Made by a program: the position numbers and the translations under genes. The notes beneath the pieces were generated by a model that worked only from the letters and a program-made list of their open reading frames with translations, did not search any database and was not told the DNA's origin. A DNA stretch of 64,000 nucleotides. It comes from Anaerolineales bacterium (GTDB taxonomy: Bacteria; Chloroflexota; Anaerolineae; Anaerolineales; Villigracilaceae). Shown here piece after piece: positions 17,876-27,948 of the stretch (position 1 is the first letter of the stretch; the number at the start of each line of letters is the position of its first letter). The DNA is taken from the NCBI GenBank assembly GCA_035720235.1, contig DASTOH010000130.1, positions 18,660-82,659 of the forward strand, in the 5' to 3' direction.

Positions 17876-18823
17876 TTAATAGCTCTTGTACCAATCGAAC
17901 GGCGCATCGGCACCATAGAATTCGGTGTAGGGTTTGGCCAGCGCGTGACATAATAAGGTGAGACGGGAGAGTCGTTGACCCGCAACGCTGCGAAGAAACT
18001 CGCTTCTTTCCAAGCCGGTCATTGATACGGCTTCCTGCCACACCGCCCGCCCGACAGCGATTCCACTGGCGCCCGCCGTGCACGCGACCACCACCTGGCG
18101 GAGGAACGTATCATAATCCACGGCCGCAGAGAGGAGAATCCAGGGAACAAGGGACGCAGATGAAATCTCCCGGCAGGCTGCCATCCACAGGGTCTCGTCC
18201 ATCTCCGTCAAGGCAAGGGGAAATTCCGCCTTTAGGATATCCACGCCAAGAGGAGTGAGTCGTCGTGCAGTTTCAACCACCACGTAGCGTTTTTCATCAG
18301 AAGAAAGTCTATTATTTTCATCCAGCGAATAGGATAACGGCTCGAGCATCAGGACCAGGTCATGCTTTTTGCAATCCTCCGCAATCTTCGATGTGAACTC
18401 TTCGATCTCTCTCCCGGAGCTCGAATTGGGATGGTAATAGACCAGCAGCTTAACGGCGCTCGCTCCCATCCGCTTGGCTTTCTCCACGCTCCAGCCGGGG
18501 ATGATCTGGGCGTGACGCGCGGTCGCCTCACCGGTGTAGCCAGTTGATTCTACAGCTACGACCAGTCCGACATGATTTGGAATGACGTTCTCAGCAATCG
18601 CCTGCGCTGCAGAGACTTCCGGGTCAAGCAACACAGCCGTCGCTTTGCTGGCGAGTGCAGAGGTCACATCCAACTTGAACCGCGAGAGTTCTTCATCGTT
18701 GACGAAGGCAGGGTTGGCTTTGCGTAAATTCTGGCGATGGTCGAGCGCGAGAGCCGTGATCGTGCCACGCTGCGATGAAATTTGTTGTAGCCCGCGCAGT
18801 TTGCCGATGGAGAGAAGTTTCAT
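17876..18823 (-). CDS. lacD: tagatose-1,6-bisphosphate aldolase (LacD/YihT class I family)
   Basis: ALALDHRQNL, LLDPE, GASAVKLLVYYHP, LEPL, DILKAEFP, PWILLSA, GASGIAVGRAVW; start MKLLSIG at 18823. Confidence 0.85.
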   Translation of the reverse strand: MKLLSIGKLRGLQQISSQRGTITALALDHRQNLRKANPAFVNDEELSRFKLDVTSALASKATAVLLDPEVSAAQAIAENVIPNHVGLVVAVESTGYTGEATARHAQIIPGWSVEKAKRMGASAVKLLVYYHPNSSSGREIEEFTSKIAEDCKKHDLVLMLEPLSYSLDENNRLSSDEKRYVVVETARRLTPLGVDILKAEFPLALTEMDETLWMAACREISSASLVPWILLSAAVDYDTFLRQVVVACTAGASGIAVGRAVWQEAVSMTGLERSEFLRSVAGQRLSRLTLLCHALAKPYTEFYGADAPFDWYKSY

Positions 18824-18832
18824 AGGAGGGAT

Positions 18833-18914
18833 GTAGACAAGTAAACACGTAGACAAGTAGACAGGGTGGATGACGGTTTCACGTATCTACATGTCTACTT
18901 GTTTCCGTATATAC
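18833..18914. repeat. inverted array of 8-nt tandem units
   Basis: gtagacaa-gtaaacac-gtagacaa-gtagacag ... gtatctac-atgtctac-ttgtttcc-gtatatac. Confidence 0.8.
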
Positions 18915-18915
18915 A

Positions 18916-19794
18916 TTATGTACAAGTCTTATTCCACGCATCCAGGCCGCGATGTTTGAGAATGGTGTTGAATTTGAGTTGCTTGGATTTTTCGCAAAAA
19001 GCGGCAAAGTCTCCGGGCAGGTCGGTATATTCAGCCGCGAAGACGGGTTTGTCTGCTTCAATAAAAGGGATCATCTTCTCTGCCCAGCCGTAATAGAAAG
19101 CATCTTCGGTGATGGCGAAGTCGAAGTGCTCGACCAGATCCCTTACCTGGTCCGGCGCATTTTTGATGCCAATTGCGAGCCCGCGTTTGTGGGCTTCGTC
19201 TGCCAGCCAGAGTGCATATCTCAGCTGGTCCTCATAGGTCAGGGAGAAGCCGGTGTTGTTGGTATAGACCTCCATATTGTCAGGCTCCAGCGCGTCAAAG
19301 CCTTTGGATTTACACAAATCGAGCCGCGCCAGCATGATGGGTGCGAGTTTCTCGATCTGCCGGACATCCAGCCATCTTTCGCCTTTCCAGCCTTCATAAG
19401 CCCTGCCGAGAATCTCAGCCGGGAACTGATCTTTATCTGGTCGCCAGTCCTCCCAGGAGCCAACGCTCACGTAACAGATCACCTTGCGTCCTCTGGCGTG
19501 GAGTTCATCGATGATGGATTGGTCAACATATAGATCAACATCATAGACATCGGCTTCGATGGAAGTGTCAATGTCATTATTGCCGATCTGCCATTGCCAG
19601 GTGAGTCCGACGGTGGGATGCCACCAGGATAGGTCAGGTTGCGGGTTACGAGTTACCAGTTGAGAAGAGGGCATGATGGGCGGAGTCTCCGTCGAAACAG
19701 AATTGGGTTGGGAGTGACGCGTAGCGGAAGCGGCTCTACATCCCAGAAGGAAAGATGAAAGAAGAAAGAGGCGAAATGCCGTCCTGAATTTCAT
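18916..19794 (-). CDS. GH114 endo-alpha-1,4-polygalactosaminidase lipoprotein
   Basis: lipobox FLLGC; WQWQI, VYDVDL, GRKVICYVSVGSWEDWRPD, WKGERWLDVR, CKSKGFDALEPDN, AHKRGLAIGIKN, KPVFAAEY. Confidence 0.9.
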   Translation of the reverse strand: MKFRTAFRLFLLSSFLLGCRAASATRHSQPNSVSTETPPIMPSSQLVTRNPQPDLSWWHPTVGLTWQWQIGNNDIDTSIEADVYDVDLYVDQSIIDELHARGRKVICYVSVGSWEDWRPDKDQFPAEILGRAYEGWKGERWLDVRQIEKLAPIMLARLDLCKSKGFDALEPDNMEVYTNNTGFSLTYEDQLRYALWLADEAHKRGLAIGIKNAPDQVRDLVEHFDFAITEDAFYYGWAEKMIPFIEADKPVFAAEYTDLPGDFAAFCEKSKQLKFNTILKHRGLDAWNKTCT

Positions 19795-19795
19795 C

Positions 19796-21112
19796 TCATC
19801 GATACTGCGGCATCATATCGCCGTGGGCTTCGATCAGTTCATCGACGAGTGACCAAATCTGGTCCAGGCTGAGTTCCGCGGCCGTATGCGGATCGAGCAT
19901 CGCGGCGTGATAGATGTGTTCACGTTTCCCTGTGAGCGCGGCTTCGACGACGAGCGATTGCACGTTGATATTCGTCCGCTGGATCGCAGCCAGATGTGGC
20001 GGCATCATCCCGATTTTGGTGGGCTGGAGTCCGTTCTTATCGACCAGACAGGGGACTTCGACACAGCAGCCGTGCAGCAGATTATCGATGAGGCCAAGAT
20101 TGGCGACGTTGCCGTATACCACGCGCGGTGTGCCAGTTTCCATGGAATGGATGATGAGGGAACCATACTCATGGCTGCGTTCATGCCGGACTTCATCCAG
20201 TTCGCCCCGTTCGAGAGCCGCCTTCGCCGATTCCCATTCTGCAATTTGCAGTTCGCAGCGTGTGATGTATTCATCCAGCGGGATTTCGTATTGTTCAATG
20301 AGATCGCCGCGGTCACGTTTGATGAACCACGGCACATATTCGCTGAAGTGTTCACTCGACTCGGTGACAAAATAGCCGGTGCGGCGAAAGACTTCATATC
20401 GGACGTGATCTGCCAGGCTGCGATAGCGGCGTCCGTAGGATTTTGCTTCAAGCGCCTGGCGGATCTTCGGATAAAGACTTTCGCCATTGCGCTCAAACTT
20501 CAAATAGAACGCCATATGATTAATGCCGGCACAGATATAGTTGATCTCGTCGTATGGCACGCCGATATCACGGGCGAGCGCCTCGGCGGTGCCTTGCACG
20601 CTGTGACACAGACCAACGGTCTTAATTTTGCTGGCTCGGTGAATGGCCCAGGTGTTCATCGCCATGGGGTTGACGTATTGCAGGAACATCACGTCTGGAC
20701 AGAGTTCTTCCATATCTTTGCAGATATCCAGAAAGACGGGAATGGTGCGAAGCCCGCGCATGATGCCGCCGATGCCGAGCGTATCGGCAATGGTCTGCCG
20801 GAGACCGTATTTTTTCGGAATCTCGAAATCAATGACGGTGCTGGGTTTGTAGCCACCCACCTGGAACATGCTGATGGCGTAGTCAGCTCCATCCAGCGCC
20901 AGGCGGCGGTCCAGCGTGGCTTCGATTTTCGGTTTGGCGCCGAAAAATTCCGCGATCTTATGCGCCACGATCTCGGAAGTGCGCAGACGCACGGGGTCAA
21001 TATCCATCAGGCTGATGGTGGAATCGGCGAGCTCGGGGAAAGAGAGAATATCGCCGAGCAGGTTCTTGGCGAAGACGGTACTGCCTGCGCCGATGAAAGT
21101 GATTTTGGTCAT
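19796..21112 (-). CDS. melA: GH4 NAD-dependent alpha-galactosidase (MelA-like)
   Basis: KITFIGAGSTVF, QTIADTLGIGGIMRGLRT, YVNPMA, GLCHSVQ, GINHM, VTESSEHFSEY, LDPHTAA. Confidence 0.88.
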   Translation of the reverse strand: MTKITFIGAGSTVFAKNLLGDILSFPELADSTISLMDIDPVRLRTSEIVAHKIAEFFGAKPKIEATLDRRLALDGADYAISMFQVGGYKPSTVIDFEIPKKYGLRQTIADTLGIGGIMRGLRTIPVFLDICKDMEELCPDVMFLQYVNPMAMNTWAIHRASKIKTVGLCHSVQGTAEALARDIGVPYDEINYICAGINHMAFYLKFERNGESLYPKIRQALEAKSYGRRYRSLADHVRYEVFRRTGYFVTESSEHFSEYVPWFIKRDRGDLIEQYEIPLDEYITRCELQIAEWESAKAALERGELDEVRHERSHEYGSLIIHSMETGTPRVVYGNVANLGLIDNLLHGCCVEVPCLVDKNGLQPTKIGMMPPHLAAIQRTNINVQSLVVEAALTGKREHIYHAAMLDPHTAAELSLDQIWSLVDELIEAHGDMMPQYR

Positions 21113-21158
21113 GTGGTCTCCTGGTTGAATGGCCTGAAAGCCATTCTGTTTTTGGGTT

Positions 21159-22685
21159 TCACTTGCTCACGATGCGGAACAAGCCTGAGCCTGCTACCGT
21201 TATCTTGAATTTGTTTGCCAGCTGGGACGGTCGCTCGCTGAAATAGATCGGGCGCGAGTTGATGTTCGCTTCGATGTAAGTAAGTGCGGAGTCTGCAAAT
21301 CGAGCCACGCCCTCCTGCGGAAAAGTCTCATGAAAGGACATGCCAGTGTGTCCCTGTATGACGTGCGCCACATAATAGTAACCGTAGGCATAATCCCAAT
21401 CTGTAAAGACGATGGCATCGTCTTCGAGCCGATTCACGATTTCTTCCGCTTCCAATCTGCGGCCGTCGGGGAATGAGTAAAAATATCCTTCCCAATCCTC
21501 CAGCCCAGCCGGGATACGCTTATTCCAATGTGACGACACAACACCGATGAATGGATAAAATCCCAGTACAAGGAAAGCAATGCTTAAGCCAAGGGGAGTG
21601 AAACGTGGTAACTTTGGACTCGACGCAAAGAATTCAACCACGCCATTGACACCCAACCCAAAGAAAACTGCCAGGATGACACCCGCAGGAATGTAATAGA
21701 CATGGTAATCGTAAACGTTATATGTCGCGGCGAAGACAAGAAATGTGATGAAGGCAAGGATCAGCAGCATGGCTTCACGCCAACGGGATGACACGTCCTG
21801 GCGCGGAACAAGAAGGGAAATAAAGCCGAGCAGGGCAAGCAGTAGATTCCAAGAAACATCGCTCACAAAATCCTTCCAACGCGTTACAGCCTCCTCAAGG
21901 GGAACGTTAAATAACTGTCCCTTGAATTGTGGCGGAAAGTAGAGGAAGGCAAGCCGCTCGAAGGGCGAGTCGAAGTCGGCTGGGGTCATGTCCCATACGC
22001 TAAGGGAGGGGTAAACGACGGTGTTGTAGTAACCAGCGGGGGAATTGAGAGTATCAAGAAAGAAGAAAGCGGAAAGAAAAATCAATGCACCGACAATTGC
22101 GCCAAGCAAGGCTTGAAGCCATACCGCGCGTTGGCGGTTCGACAAGGCGAGATACACAAGGATCGAAATTCCACCCAGCGCTACTGTGGTATGGATTCCC
22201 AGACTCAATCCACCGAGCAATCCCGCGACAAACACCCAGCGCGGATTGTTTGTTTCCTTCCAGTGCAGAACTGCAAACAAAATAAATGCCAGACACGCAG
22301 CCGATGGAGTATAGATCTCGGCAATGGAGGCATGCTTCCAAAATATCGGCGTCAGCGCCAAAGCCAGCGAACCATAGATCGCAGTCGGAGCCATCGCGCC
22401 CAACTTTCGGGTGCTCAGGTAAACGAAGGCAATCGTCAACGCGGCACAAAAGGCCGAGAAGAGATTCACACGGTAGGCGACATCACCGACAGGAATTAAT
22501 ATAAAGGATTTGGCAAGCAACACATAGACTGGATACCCCGTTGGATGTCCGAGACCCAATGTGTATGCTATTGTTTGAAACTCCGCCGAGTCGCCATAAA
22601 GCAGGGATGGCGCGAGCGTGCGAACATACAACGCAAGCGATGTGACAAATAACAGGCAGGCGACAGCGACATCAGAACGTTTCAT
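21159..22685 (-). CDS. DUF2723/TMEM260-like GT-C membrane glycosyltransferase
   Basis: YVRTLAPSLLYGDSAEFQ, LGLGHPTGYPVY, YRVNLFSA, AEIY, GIH; multiple TMs. Confidence 0.82.
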   Translation of the reverse strand: MKRSDVAVACLLFVTSLALYVRTLAPSLLYGDSAEFQTIAYTLGLGHPTGYPVYVLLAKSFILIPVGDVAYRVNLFSAFCAALTIAFVYLSTRKLGAMAPTAIYGSLALALTPIFWKHASIAEIYTPSAACLAFILFAVLHWKETNNPRWVFVAGLLGGLSLGIHTTVALGGISILVYLALSNRQRAVWLQALLGAIVGALIFLSAFFFLDTLNSPAGYYNTVVYPSLSVWDMTPADFDSPFERLAFLYFPPQFKGQLFNVPLEEAVTRWKDFVSDVSWNLLLALLGFISLLVPRQDVSSRWREAMLLILAFITFLVFAATYNVYDYHVYYIPAGVILAVFFGLGVNGVVEFFASSPKLPRFTPLGLSIAFLVLGFYPFIGVVSSHWNKRIPAGLEDWEGYFYSFPDGRRLEAEEIVNRLEDDAIVFTDWDYAYGYYYVAHVIQGHTGMSFHETFPQEGVARFADSALTYIEANINSRPIYFSERPSQLANKFKITVAGSGLFRIVSK

Positions 22686-24493
22686 TTCAAGGTATAGGTT
22701 TGCTTACCGGTTGTAAAGACGGCATCCCAATGGGTATCCACGAGTTGAAAGACTACGTCCAAGCTGGGGGTATGAAATAAAGAGCGCGAAATACTCCATT
22801 GGACGTGACTGCCTGTATCTTCAAAATGAATCAATAGTTCAGTGGGCTCCCACTTCCAGTCATTGCCCGAGCCATCGTAAATATTCAAGGTGTGATTTTC
22901 AAAGAGGGCTTCCGCTCCAATGCCGTTAATCATATATCCCGTTTTTGGATCCTGGTCTTCGTCAACGAAAAGTTGGAAGGCATTGTATGCTCCACCAACA
23001 AAATCGAACGATAGAACGACATTTTCAGCATCATTGGAGATGTGAACATTGGAGATCAAATCGCCAGTCGCGACTGGGGCAGCTGGCGCGGATGAGGAAG
23101 CTGCTGCTGGCACAGCTGTCTCTTCCACTTGCATGGCGTTGGCACGCTCATAACTGCCTGTGGCGGACGAATCAACGGCGACTTTGCCTAGAATGTTGTA
23201 CCCGGTGGATTCGTCCCAGATGCCTGCGTTCGCGAAGTGAACGGCATAATGTGGATTCGCTTGAAGGGTTTCTGCTTCGTCAGGGAGCCAGAGCGCGAGG
23301 TCGTATGGTGCTTCTTCCATTTTGGATGGAAGACGAATGCGCGCAGTGAATGAAGAAGAACCCGGCTGCCAGGTACGCGGGTCAAGTTCAAGTTTGGTTT
23401 CGTAAGGCGGGATACCATCCCGCCCCACCAGCACAATGAACAGAGGACGCGAATTCATCAAAGAAGCAAATCCCGTGTTCGTGATATTCGCGGTCAAGTT
23501 GAGCAAACCACCGGGGCGGACTTGTTCATTGAAATCGGCTGAGGTCAACGACAAACGATAGCCCATGCGGTTGGTGATTTCTTCCATGCAGCCACCCTCC
23601 TCCCAGCTGCGGAGGATGCCCTTGTGGTAGGCTTCGTTGATGGCAGAGAAATGAAGCAGTTCCATTTCCTGAATGGCACTGGCGCACTCGGAGCGCGGCG
23701 GATTGGGCGCGCAGGTCTCGCCGCTCATGGGTGTAAGGCGAGTCAATTCGGCGAGATAAGCTTTATCGCGTTCGATGGTGATGACACCGTCTCTTTCATA
23801 TGTTCCAACATCGGTATCGCTGGAGAGGAAGCAGTCGTTGTGATGCGCAACACGTGCTTTGGCGGCGTCTTCTGGATTGGGATACATCTCGATGATATTG
23901 GCGGGATACCGGACTTGAACAGAACGATTTGGAATTGCCGCGACGAGTGCTGCTAGAATGTCGCGTTTATCGGTGAGATTATCCAAGCCGTTCGTGGAGG
24001 TGTGCCATTCGCCCCACGCTCCAATGAAGCCGGCTTCGACCCAGGCAATGACATCCGTGTTCTTTTGCAGGAGCGGAGTCAACTGTTCGATGTGGCGCAG
24101 GATTTGTGATTTGGATGCATCCGGTTCGGAGTCGGGATACGGTCCTTCGTTATAAGCAAAACGGATAATGGCTTTGATACCCGCCTCGCGGATATCGGCG
24201 AAGTTAGAATCCAGGCCGTCGAGCATATCCTGTGGGATATCTGTCTCGCGCCAATCGTCGAGACGGATGTTGAGATGGACGAGCGTATTGCCGGTGGCGC
24301 GCACGGGACTAAAACCTGCGGAACCGGGCAACTCGTATGGGGTGAAGAATCCACGCTCGGGGTTGAGGATGGCGGCGTCAGAGGCGATGTAAGTGTGAGT
24401 CACGGTGGCAGGCTCGGGGAAAGCGGAGCGAGCGCCGGGTCCACATCCCACGAGGAAAGAGGAAAGAAGAAGGATAGTCAAAAGCCGTTTCAT
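22682..24493 (-). CDS. DUF4874/DUF4832-like putative glycoside hydrolase lipoprotein with a C-terminal beta-sandwich domain
   Basis: lipobox FLVGC; [41 protein letters not shown]; C-terminal [12 protein letters not shown] module. Confidence 0.8.
   Translation of the reverse strand: MKRLLTILLLSSFLVGCGPGARSAFPEPATVTHTYIASDAAILNPERGFFTPYELPGSAGFSPVRATGNTLVHLNIRLDDWRETDIPQDMLDGLDSNFADIREAGIKAIIRFAYNEGPYPDSEPDASKSQILRHIEQLTPLLQKNTDVIAWVEAGFIGAWGEWHTSTNGLDNLTDKRDILAALVAAIPNRSVQVRYPANIIEMYPNPEDAAKARVAHHNDCFLSSDTDVGTYERDGVITIERDKAYLAELTRLTPMSGETCAPNPPRSECASAIQEMELLHFSAINEAYHKGILRSWEEGGCMEEITNRMGYRLSLTSADFNEQVRPGGLLNLTANITNTGFASLMNSRPLFIVLVGRDGIPPYETKLELDPRTWQPGSSSFTARIRLPSKMEEAPYDLALWLPDEAETLQANPHYAVHFANAGIWDESTGYNILGKVAVDSSATGSYERANAMQVEETAVPAAASSSAPAAPVATGDLISNVHISNDAENVVLSFDFVGGAYNAFQLFVDEDQDPKTGYMINGIGAEALFENHTLNIYDGSGNDWKWEPTELLIHFEDTGSHVQWSISRSLFHTPSLDVVFQLVDTHWDAVFTTGKQTYTLK
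23402..23428. repeat. 27-bp in-frame REP-like palindrome
   Basis: GTAAGGCGGGAT-ACC-ATCCCGCCCCAC; encodes VGRDGIPPY on the minus strand. Confidence 0.75.
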
Positions 24494-25845
24494 GACGATG
24501 TGAATTGAGGAAGATGTGCGGCTTGTTCTGTCATCAGTTCATCGGCCAGTTTTTTGGCCATGTCAAAGGATTCAACGTAACCGTCCAGGACAAGTGCCTG
24601 AATGAACTTATCGCGACTGCCCTCGAGGGCGGCCTCGACAATGGTTTCGACCCACTGGTAGCGTGTGGCCAGCGTGCCTGCTATCGCGGCTGGCAGTGAT
24701 TCCTGTTGAAGCGCCTGAAGGCTGCCATGTTTGCAAACCGCGGGCGATTCGATGATGGCATCCGGCGGCAGATTGGGGACCTGACCTTTGTTGGGGAGAT
24801 TGGCTGAGAACACACGCTCGTGGTCCTTCCGAATCGATTCGATGATATCCATGACCAGTTCATGGTCACCTTCTTCGCGTTCGAAATAATCGGTCGGAAG
24901 CGGCTGGGAATCCAGCGCGTCCTTTTCCATGTCGGCGAAGGTTTCATCACCTTCGGCAATGGTGGTCTCGAAGCTAAAGGCATCGATGCCCAGGCGTTGG
25001 CCGTAGTAATGCCCGGTGCGGAAGAATTGCGGGAAGAACTCAGTCACATGCCTGTCCAGCGCGGAAGGGATCGCACCAAAACGAAGCAGAAGTTCGAGAC
25101 TGAAAAGATTGTGATGGGGCCAATCCATTGCAGCAAAGGGATACGTAGGCATGGGGCCATTCGGAACGCCTGTAGCCAGCCTCTGCTCGGCAAACACCTT
25201 TAATCGCGGCATGGCATCTTCCCCACGCACTGAGACTTTGATGAACCACGTCAGGTGATTGATCCCGATCGCCGTATATTGCATTTCTTTCAATGGTTCA
25301 TTCAGAAACTCGGCGATTAACTCAGCCACATGTTGCACACCATGACACAGACCGATCATGTTTGCGCCTGTCGCTTTGTGTACCGCACGACAGATCACAG
25401 CCATCGGGTTGCTGTAGTTGAAGCAGAGGGCATTGGGCGCAAGTTCAAGCACATCGCGGGCGATATCCACCATGGCGGGGACCATGCGCAGCGCGCGCGA
25501 GGAACCGCCCGGTCCAACCGTATCACCCACGGGAGCGTAGATGCCATACTTGCGCGGGATAAAGACATCCTGCTCCCAGGCGCGGCGCCCGCCCACGCCG
25601 ATCGTGCAAATGACAGCTGTCGCATCCTTGAGCACCTCGCGTCGATTCATCGAAGCACGGACCGTCAATGGTGCGTTCCAAGCCTGAATCATTTTGCGAG
25701 TCAAAGCCTCAGCCACGCGTAACGCGTGAGGGTCTACATCCACGAGGGCGAGGTCCGCTCTTACGCCGAGCCGAATCAAGTCCGCGACCAGGCCACGTGT
25801 GAAGACAGCACTCCCTGCACCGATCAGAACAATCCGTTCGCTCAT
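24490..25845 (-). CDS. second, divergent GH4 glycoside hydrolase
   Basis: [56 protein letters not shown]. Confidence 0.88.
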   Translation of the reverse strand: MSERIVLIGAGSAVFTRGLVADLIRLGVRADLALVDVDPHALRVAEALTRKMIQAWNAPLTVRASMNRREVLKDATAVICTIGVGGRRAWEQDVFIPRKYGIYAPVGDTVGPGGSSRALRMVPAMVDIARDVLELAPNALCFNYSNPMAVICRAVHKATGANMIGLCHGVQHVAELIAEFLNEPLKEMQYTAIGINHLTWFIKVSVRGEDAMPRLKVFAEQRLATGVPNGPMPTYPFAAMDWPHHNLFSLELLLRFGAIPSALDRHVTEFFPQFFRTGHYYGQRLGIDAFSFETTIAEGDETFADMEKDALDSQPLPTDYFEREEGDHELVMDIIESIRKDHERVFSANLPNKGQVPNLPPDAIIESPAVCKHGSLQALQQESLPAAIAGTLATRYQWVETIVEAALEGSRDKFIQALVLDGYVESFDMAKKLADELMTEQAAHLPQFTSS

Positions 25846-26696
25846 TTGAATGCACTTTGAGTTGCCTGATCCACGATCCAGCGCTGGAGGAAGATGTAGA
25901 CGAAGAAGATAGGCAGGAGCGTGAGGATGGAGGCAGCAAGCACAAGACCTTGATTAGAAGTATGTTGCGTTTGGAACCAGACCAGCAGGAGCGGGATAGT
26001 GCGTTTTTCGGGCGATGTCAGGACGATCAGTGGCCAGAGATAATCGTTCCAGGTCGTCATGAAGGTGAAGATGCCTAGCGACGCCAGGGGTGGGCCCATC
26101 TGTGGAAGGATAATGCGTGAGTAGATGCCGAATTCGGAGGCGCCGTCTATGCGGGCGGCGTCCATGAGTTCGGCAGGCATGGACTCGATGAACTGCTTCA
26201 TCATGAAGATGCCATACGCGTCGACCATGGATGGAAGGATAAGCGCCCAAAGCGAGTCGATCAGACCGAACTTCACGATGAGCAGGTAATTGGGAATCAT
26301 GACCACTTGAAAGGGAATCATGATCTGGATGAGGATGACGCCGAACGCAAGGTTCTTGCCTTTGAAGTGATACTTGGCGAAGATATAACCCGCAAAGGAA
26401 CTGGTGAAGAGTGTAATGACCACGCGCGACAATGATACGGTCACGCTATTCATCACGTTGCGCTCGATGGGAATGCGTTCATCAGTGAGGATGGTGATGT
26501 AATTTCTAAGGGACGGTTCCTTGGAGAAGAAATCAGGCGGGGTCTGACGGAGTTCCGCGTTGGTCTTGAGCGACGAGACCATAATATAGAAGAACGGTAA
26601 CAACGTGGCGACCAGCCCCAGGATGAGAACCGCATACGCGCCGGACTTGCCGAGAACAAAACCAACCGACGAACGATTTTTGTTGGAGGTTAGCAT
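25842..26696 (-). CDS. carbohydrate ABC transporter permease (MalG-like)
   Basis: EAA loop [11 protein letters not shown]; WNDYLWPL; six TMs. Confidence 0.93.
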   Translation of the reverse strand: MLTSNKNRSSVGFVLGKSGAYAVLILGLVATLLPFFYIMVSSLKTNAELRQTPPDFFSKEPSLRNYITILTDERIPIERNVMNSVTVSLSRVVITLFTSSFAGYIFAKYHFKGKNLAFGVILIQIMIPFQVVMIPNYLLIVKFGLIDSLWALILPSMVDAYGIFMMKQFIESMPAELMDAARIDGASEFGIYSRIILPQMGPPLASLGIFTFMTTWNDYLWPLIVLTSPEKRTIPLLLVWFQTQHTSNQGLVLAASILTLLPIFFVYIFLQRWIVDQATQSAFK

Positions 26697-26713
26697 AAGT
26701 AAGCTCGCTTCAA

Positions 26714-26817
26714 TTTTCGATTTACGATTTCAGATTTACTATCAGGACTACCCGGTGAAATCGTAAATCGTCAACATTTGCGCCTGGCGCAAGTACAGGT
26801 GTCGACAATCGCAAATC
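26714..26817. repeat. inverted heptamer array interrupted by a small palindromic insert
   Basis: ttttcgatttacgatttcagattt ... aaatcgtaaatcgtcaa[catttgcgcctggcgcaagtacaggtgtcg]acaatcgcaaatc. Confidence 0.75.
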
Positions 26818-26818
26818 T

Positions 26819-27817
26819 TTAGTACTCCCATTCCGTGCGCAGAATGCGGAATTGAGTGACGGTAAGAATAAGAATAATGATGAACAAAATCATGGACATC
26901 GCGGAGGCAAGACCAAAACTATTTGTAAAGCGGAAGGCGTTCTCGTAGACACTGAGCACCATTGTCTGCGTCTGGTTCTGGGGTCCGCCGCGCGATAGCA
27001 ATTGGAAAATGACAAAGACCTGCAGCGAGGAAATGACCGTCAGAACGGACGTGAGCAACACAGTCCGGCGCAGAAGCGGGACGACCACCAGCCAGAACTC
27101 CTGCCAGACGTTGGCGCCGTCCACGCGGGCGGCTTCACGAAGGGTCTTCGGGATGCTTTGCAACGCAGCAACAAAGATGACAAGGTTATAGCCAAAATCC
27201 TGCCAGACATGCGCGACGACAACACAGATCATCGCAAGAGGGACTCCATAATAGACCGTGCTTGGATCAGACAACCATGATTTCGGCGGGACAAGTCCGA
27301 TCGCTTTAAACATGAGGCTGAGCAACCCCCAGCCCGGTGCATACATGTAGGCCCAAATGATAACCACCGCGACAGAAGATGAAATGGTGGGTAAAAAATA
27401 GATCGCGCGGAATAATGTCCTAAATCTCTCACCAATGCTTTCCAATAGAACCGCAAGGGGAAGGGTAATGATGAGATTCAACGGCAGCACCAGCGCTGTA
27501 AAAAGGAACGTGTTCTTCACGGCAAGGCGAAACACTTCCGCAGGCTTGCCTGTGCCGGTGAACAACTCGATATAGTTCTCGATTCCCACGAATGGATTCG
27601 CGCCTCCCAGTTCGAGGAAGCCACTGCCATCCCGGATCGGGGAATAGCTAAAGAAACTCATGACCATGGCAAAGACGATCGGGAACAGGGTGAACAGTCC
27701 CATATATAGGAGGATGGGCACGAGACTCGTGTACGCAAAGCGGCGCTGTTGCGCCATCAATTTGCCGCCATCGCTGACGACTTCCTTTTTGAAAAGAGAC
27801 GATATCGAAACTGCCAT
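26819..27817 (-). CDS. carbohydrate ABC transporter permease (MalF-like)
   Basis: FVGIENY, FRAIYFLP, WQDFGY, LQSIPKTLREAARVDGA. Confidence 0.93.
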   Translation of the reverse strand: MAVSISSLFKKEVVSDGGKLMAQQRRFAYTSLVPILLYMGLFTLFPIVFAMVMSFFSYSPIRDGSGFLELGGANPFVGIENYIELFTGTGKPAEVFRLAVKNTFLFTALVLPLNLIITLPLAVLLESIGERFRTLFRAIYFLPTISSSVAVVIIWAYMYAPGWGLLSLMFKAIGLVPPKSWLSDPSTVYYGVPLAMICVVVAHVWQDFGYNLVIFVAALQSIPKTLREAARVDGANVWQEFWLVVVPLLRRTVLLTSVLTVISSLQVFVIFQLLSRGGPQNQTQTMVLSVYENAFRFTNSFGLASAMSMILFIIILILTVTQFRILRTEWEY

Positions 27818-27839
27818 GGCATCTCCGATAAGGATTTTG

Positions 27840-27945
27840 CCACAGAGACACGGAGACTCAGAGAGAATAAACTCAGCGCTCTCGGTGTCTCTGTGGTCGA
27901 TTCCTGACCAGCTAACTAGCGGACCAAAAGACTATCAGACTAAAA
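27840..27945. repeat. 9-mer inverted array followed by an octamer run
   Basis: ccacagagacacggagactcagagag ... ctcagcgctctcggtgtctctgtgg; then gaccagct-aactagcg-gaccaaaa-gactatca-gactaaaa. Confidence 0.7.
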
Positions 27946-27948
27946 AAT

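Noticed and set aside
18833-18914. Short repeat arrays as CRISPR
   Set aside because: Units are 7-10 nt, contiguous and inverted, with no unique spacers and no cas genes
19886-21208. 440-aa plus-strand ORF and other long antisense ORFs
   Set aside because: Shadow frames of well-supported genes on the opposite strand in GC-rich DNA
18916-24493. Pel-like exopolysaccharide biosynthesis cluster
   Set aside because: No PelF-like GT4, PelG flippase or PelD receptor; importer and catabolic enzymes dominate
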